A stretch of DNA of 6,581 nt from Dictyostelium discoideum (taxonomy: Eukaryota): NCBI GenBank assembly GCA_000004695.1, contig CH709156.1, forward strand, positions 1 to 6,581, given 5' to 3'. The position numbers and the translations under genes were made by a program. Positions 5,477 to 6,581 of this stretch are shown here, one piece after another (the stretch's first letter is position 1; every line of letters begins with the position of its first letter). Under the pieces are notes generated by a model. That model ran no database searches, was not told the DNA's origin, and was given only the letters and a program-made list of their open reading frames with translations.

Positions 5477-6581
5477 ATTTTGATACAGATTTTGAAACTG
5501 GAATTTATACAAATTATAAAAGTGGTCAACAATTTAAAGATTTAAAAAATAAAAATAAAAATAAAATTGTTTTACTTAGAATATTCACTGATAGTATGCA
5601 GTGTCAAAACAAGAAAGATTATACTATAATGCTGGATATAGAAAATTATATTGGAAATGAATTTAAAAATAATAAATTATTATTATTTGTAGTACCAAAT
5701 GATTGGTTACTTAATTTTCATCAAACAATTAGGGCATTGTTTTCATCTTTTATTGGTAATGGCTTTAATTTAATTATTGAAAATGAACAAATAGATGTTG
5801 TACCGTTTGGACTGACAATGGATATTCCAGAATTTAGAGCATCCTGTAAACTTAATGGACATAATTCAAATGAATATGCATGTCACACATGTGACAAACC
5901 AAGAGATGGTTTATTTATTTGCAAATCAGGTACATTAAGAAAACAAGAAGATATTACAAATTTTCACTCCACCAAACCAAATTATGCTGAACTAAATGCT
6001 GATATAGAATTAAAAAAAGTATGGGAAAAAAAAGCAAAAGATATTGGTATCAAAGGTGTGGACAGAGGGTGGGTCGAACCTTTGTCCATTAATTATTTAA
6101 AAACACAACCAGACATTTTACATAATATTTTATTAGGTGTCGCACAAAAATGTTTAAATTACATTTTTGATAAATATAAAAATAAAATTGCAAATTTTTT
6201 AAATAATTTAAAAAATGCAAAAATAATAGATAACAAACCAAAACCTTCAATTTCACTATTTGCAAATAAAACAAGGAAAGGAAGAGAGAATAGATCAATA
6301 ATATATTACCTTTTAATATCAATTAAAAATCAAATATCAAATGATGATTTTTTAATTATGGAACAATTCGTAACTATATGTTTTAAATTATATAGTGACT
6401 CTTTTGATGAAAATGATTTAAATTCACTTCAAGTATTAATTGAATCGTTTAATGCAAAAGTAAATTTAATTACTGAAACAGAAATAATGAATTTCCACTT
6501 GTTGTTACATTATCCAATCTATATAAAAAATTGGGGTGCACCAAAATACACTTCAGCTGAAACTTTTGAAGCACAATTATC
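5452..6581 (+). CDS. Catalytic core of a TNP2 / En-Spm(CACTA) / KDZ-Plavaka superfamily DDE transposase. Open frame-1 segment with no stop in 1130 nt, continuing beyond the window.
   Basis: Manual translation with no stop from 5452 to 6581. Motifs: LLRIFTDSMQ (nt 5572-5601; cf. ILSSDKTQL / LSTDGFNPF), VVPNDWLLN (cf. TPYNLPPWL), DIPEFRASCKLNGHNSNEYACHTC (nt 5821-5892; cf. WTINDFPAY...G...CPVC), DILHNILLGV (nt 6112-6141; cf. DVMHIEKNV) and HLLLHYPIYIKNWGAPKYTSAETFEAQL (nt 6496-6579; cf. HLFLHL..EDI..WGP....MYPFERFMG..L). It is not in the ORF track because it has no stop codon in the window. Confidence 0.7.

Larger units (their letters stand above)
4640..6581 (+). mobile_element. Putative DNA-transposon transposase gene (TNP2/CACTA-KDZ-like) with a single -1/+2 frame break at ~5452-5476. 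Either a decayed copy or an indel in a homopolymer run. The 3' end and any TIRs are outside the window.
   Basis: Frame 2 (4640-5476) and frame 1 (5452-6581) overlap by 24 nt containing the aaaaa and ttttt runs. No GT..AG intron with compatible phase fits: 5432..5476 is 45 nt (phase 0) and 5432..5488 is 57 nt (phase 0). Confidence 0.6.

Noticed and set aside
6089-6322. Minus-strand 77-aa ORF
   Set aside because: Lies antisense within the long +-strand transposase frame. Hydrophobic low-complexity product typical of antisense AT-rich coding.
1-6581. CRISPR arrays, rRNA, or prokaryotic operon structure
   Set aside because: No regularly spaced direct repeats. Composition, N/Q-rich proteins and the eukaryotic transposon genes indicate a eukaryotic (dictyostelid-like) nuclear locus.

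Overview
The window is very AT-rich, with Asn/Gln-rich coding and long homopolymer tracts. That is typical of a dictyostelid (Dictyostelium-like) nuclear genome; this organism call is inference from composition. It looks like a transposon-dense locus rather than ordinary genes. (1) Bases 1-398 on the minus strand hold the start of an S/N-rich ORF whose reading frame breaks near bases 60-123. (2) Bases 399-846 are a non-coding AT-rich spacer holding a diverged ~50-bp tandem duplication, microsatellites and a perfect four-unit heat-shock element (HSE; 748-767). (3) Bases 847-2298 (+) encode a Ty3/gypsy-type integrase with an HHCC zinc finger, a D,D(35)E catalytic core and a GPY/F module. There is no reverse transcriptase or RNase H upstream, so it is 5'-truncated or isolated. 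A +1-frame reading frame continues from 2288 to 3199 and ends in a weak chromodomain-like segment, suggesting a frameshifted Skipper-like chromovirus pol 3' fragment. (4) Bases 3200-4166 are an AT desert holding an A37 tract, two perfect 9-bp-stem hairpins, and a ~130-bp GC-richer island (3926-4053) with nested complementary segments and a 9-bp stem with a UUCG loop. The island is a candidate structured RNA or terminal structure, not a tRNA. (5) Bases 4167-4508 (+) encode a small Q-rich ORF. (6) Bases 4640-6581+ (+) are what I consider the main finding. A C2H2/CxxC zinc-finger N-terminus (ORF to 5476) continues after a 1-nt frame break into a >1.1-kb open frame (5452 to the window end). That frame is absent from the ORF track because it has no stop in the window. 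It carries motifs of the TNP2/CACTA(En-Spm)/KDZ-Plavaka DDE transposase superfamily: 'FTDSMQ', 'DIPEF...CHTC', 'DILHNILLG' and 'HLLLH...NWGAP...ETFE'. I know of no such transposase family among classically listed Dictyostelium mobile elements. No tRNA, rRNA or CRISPR was found.
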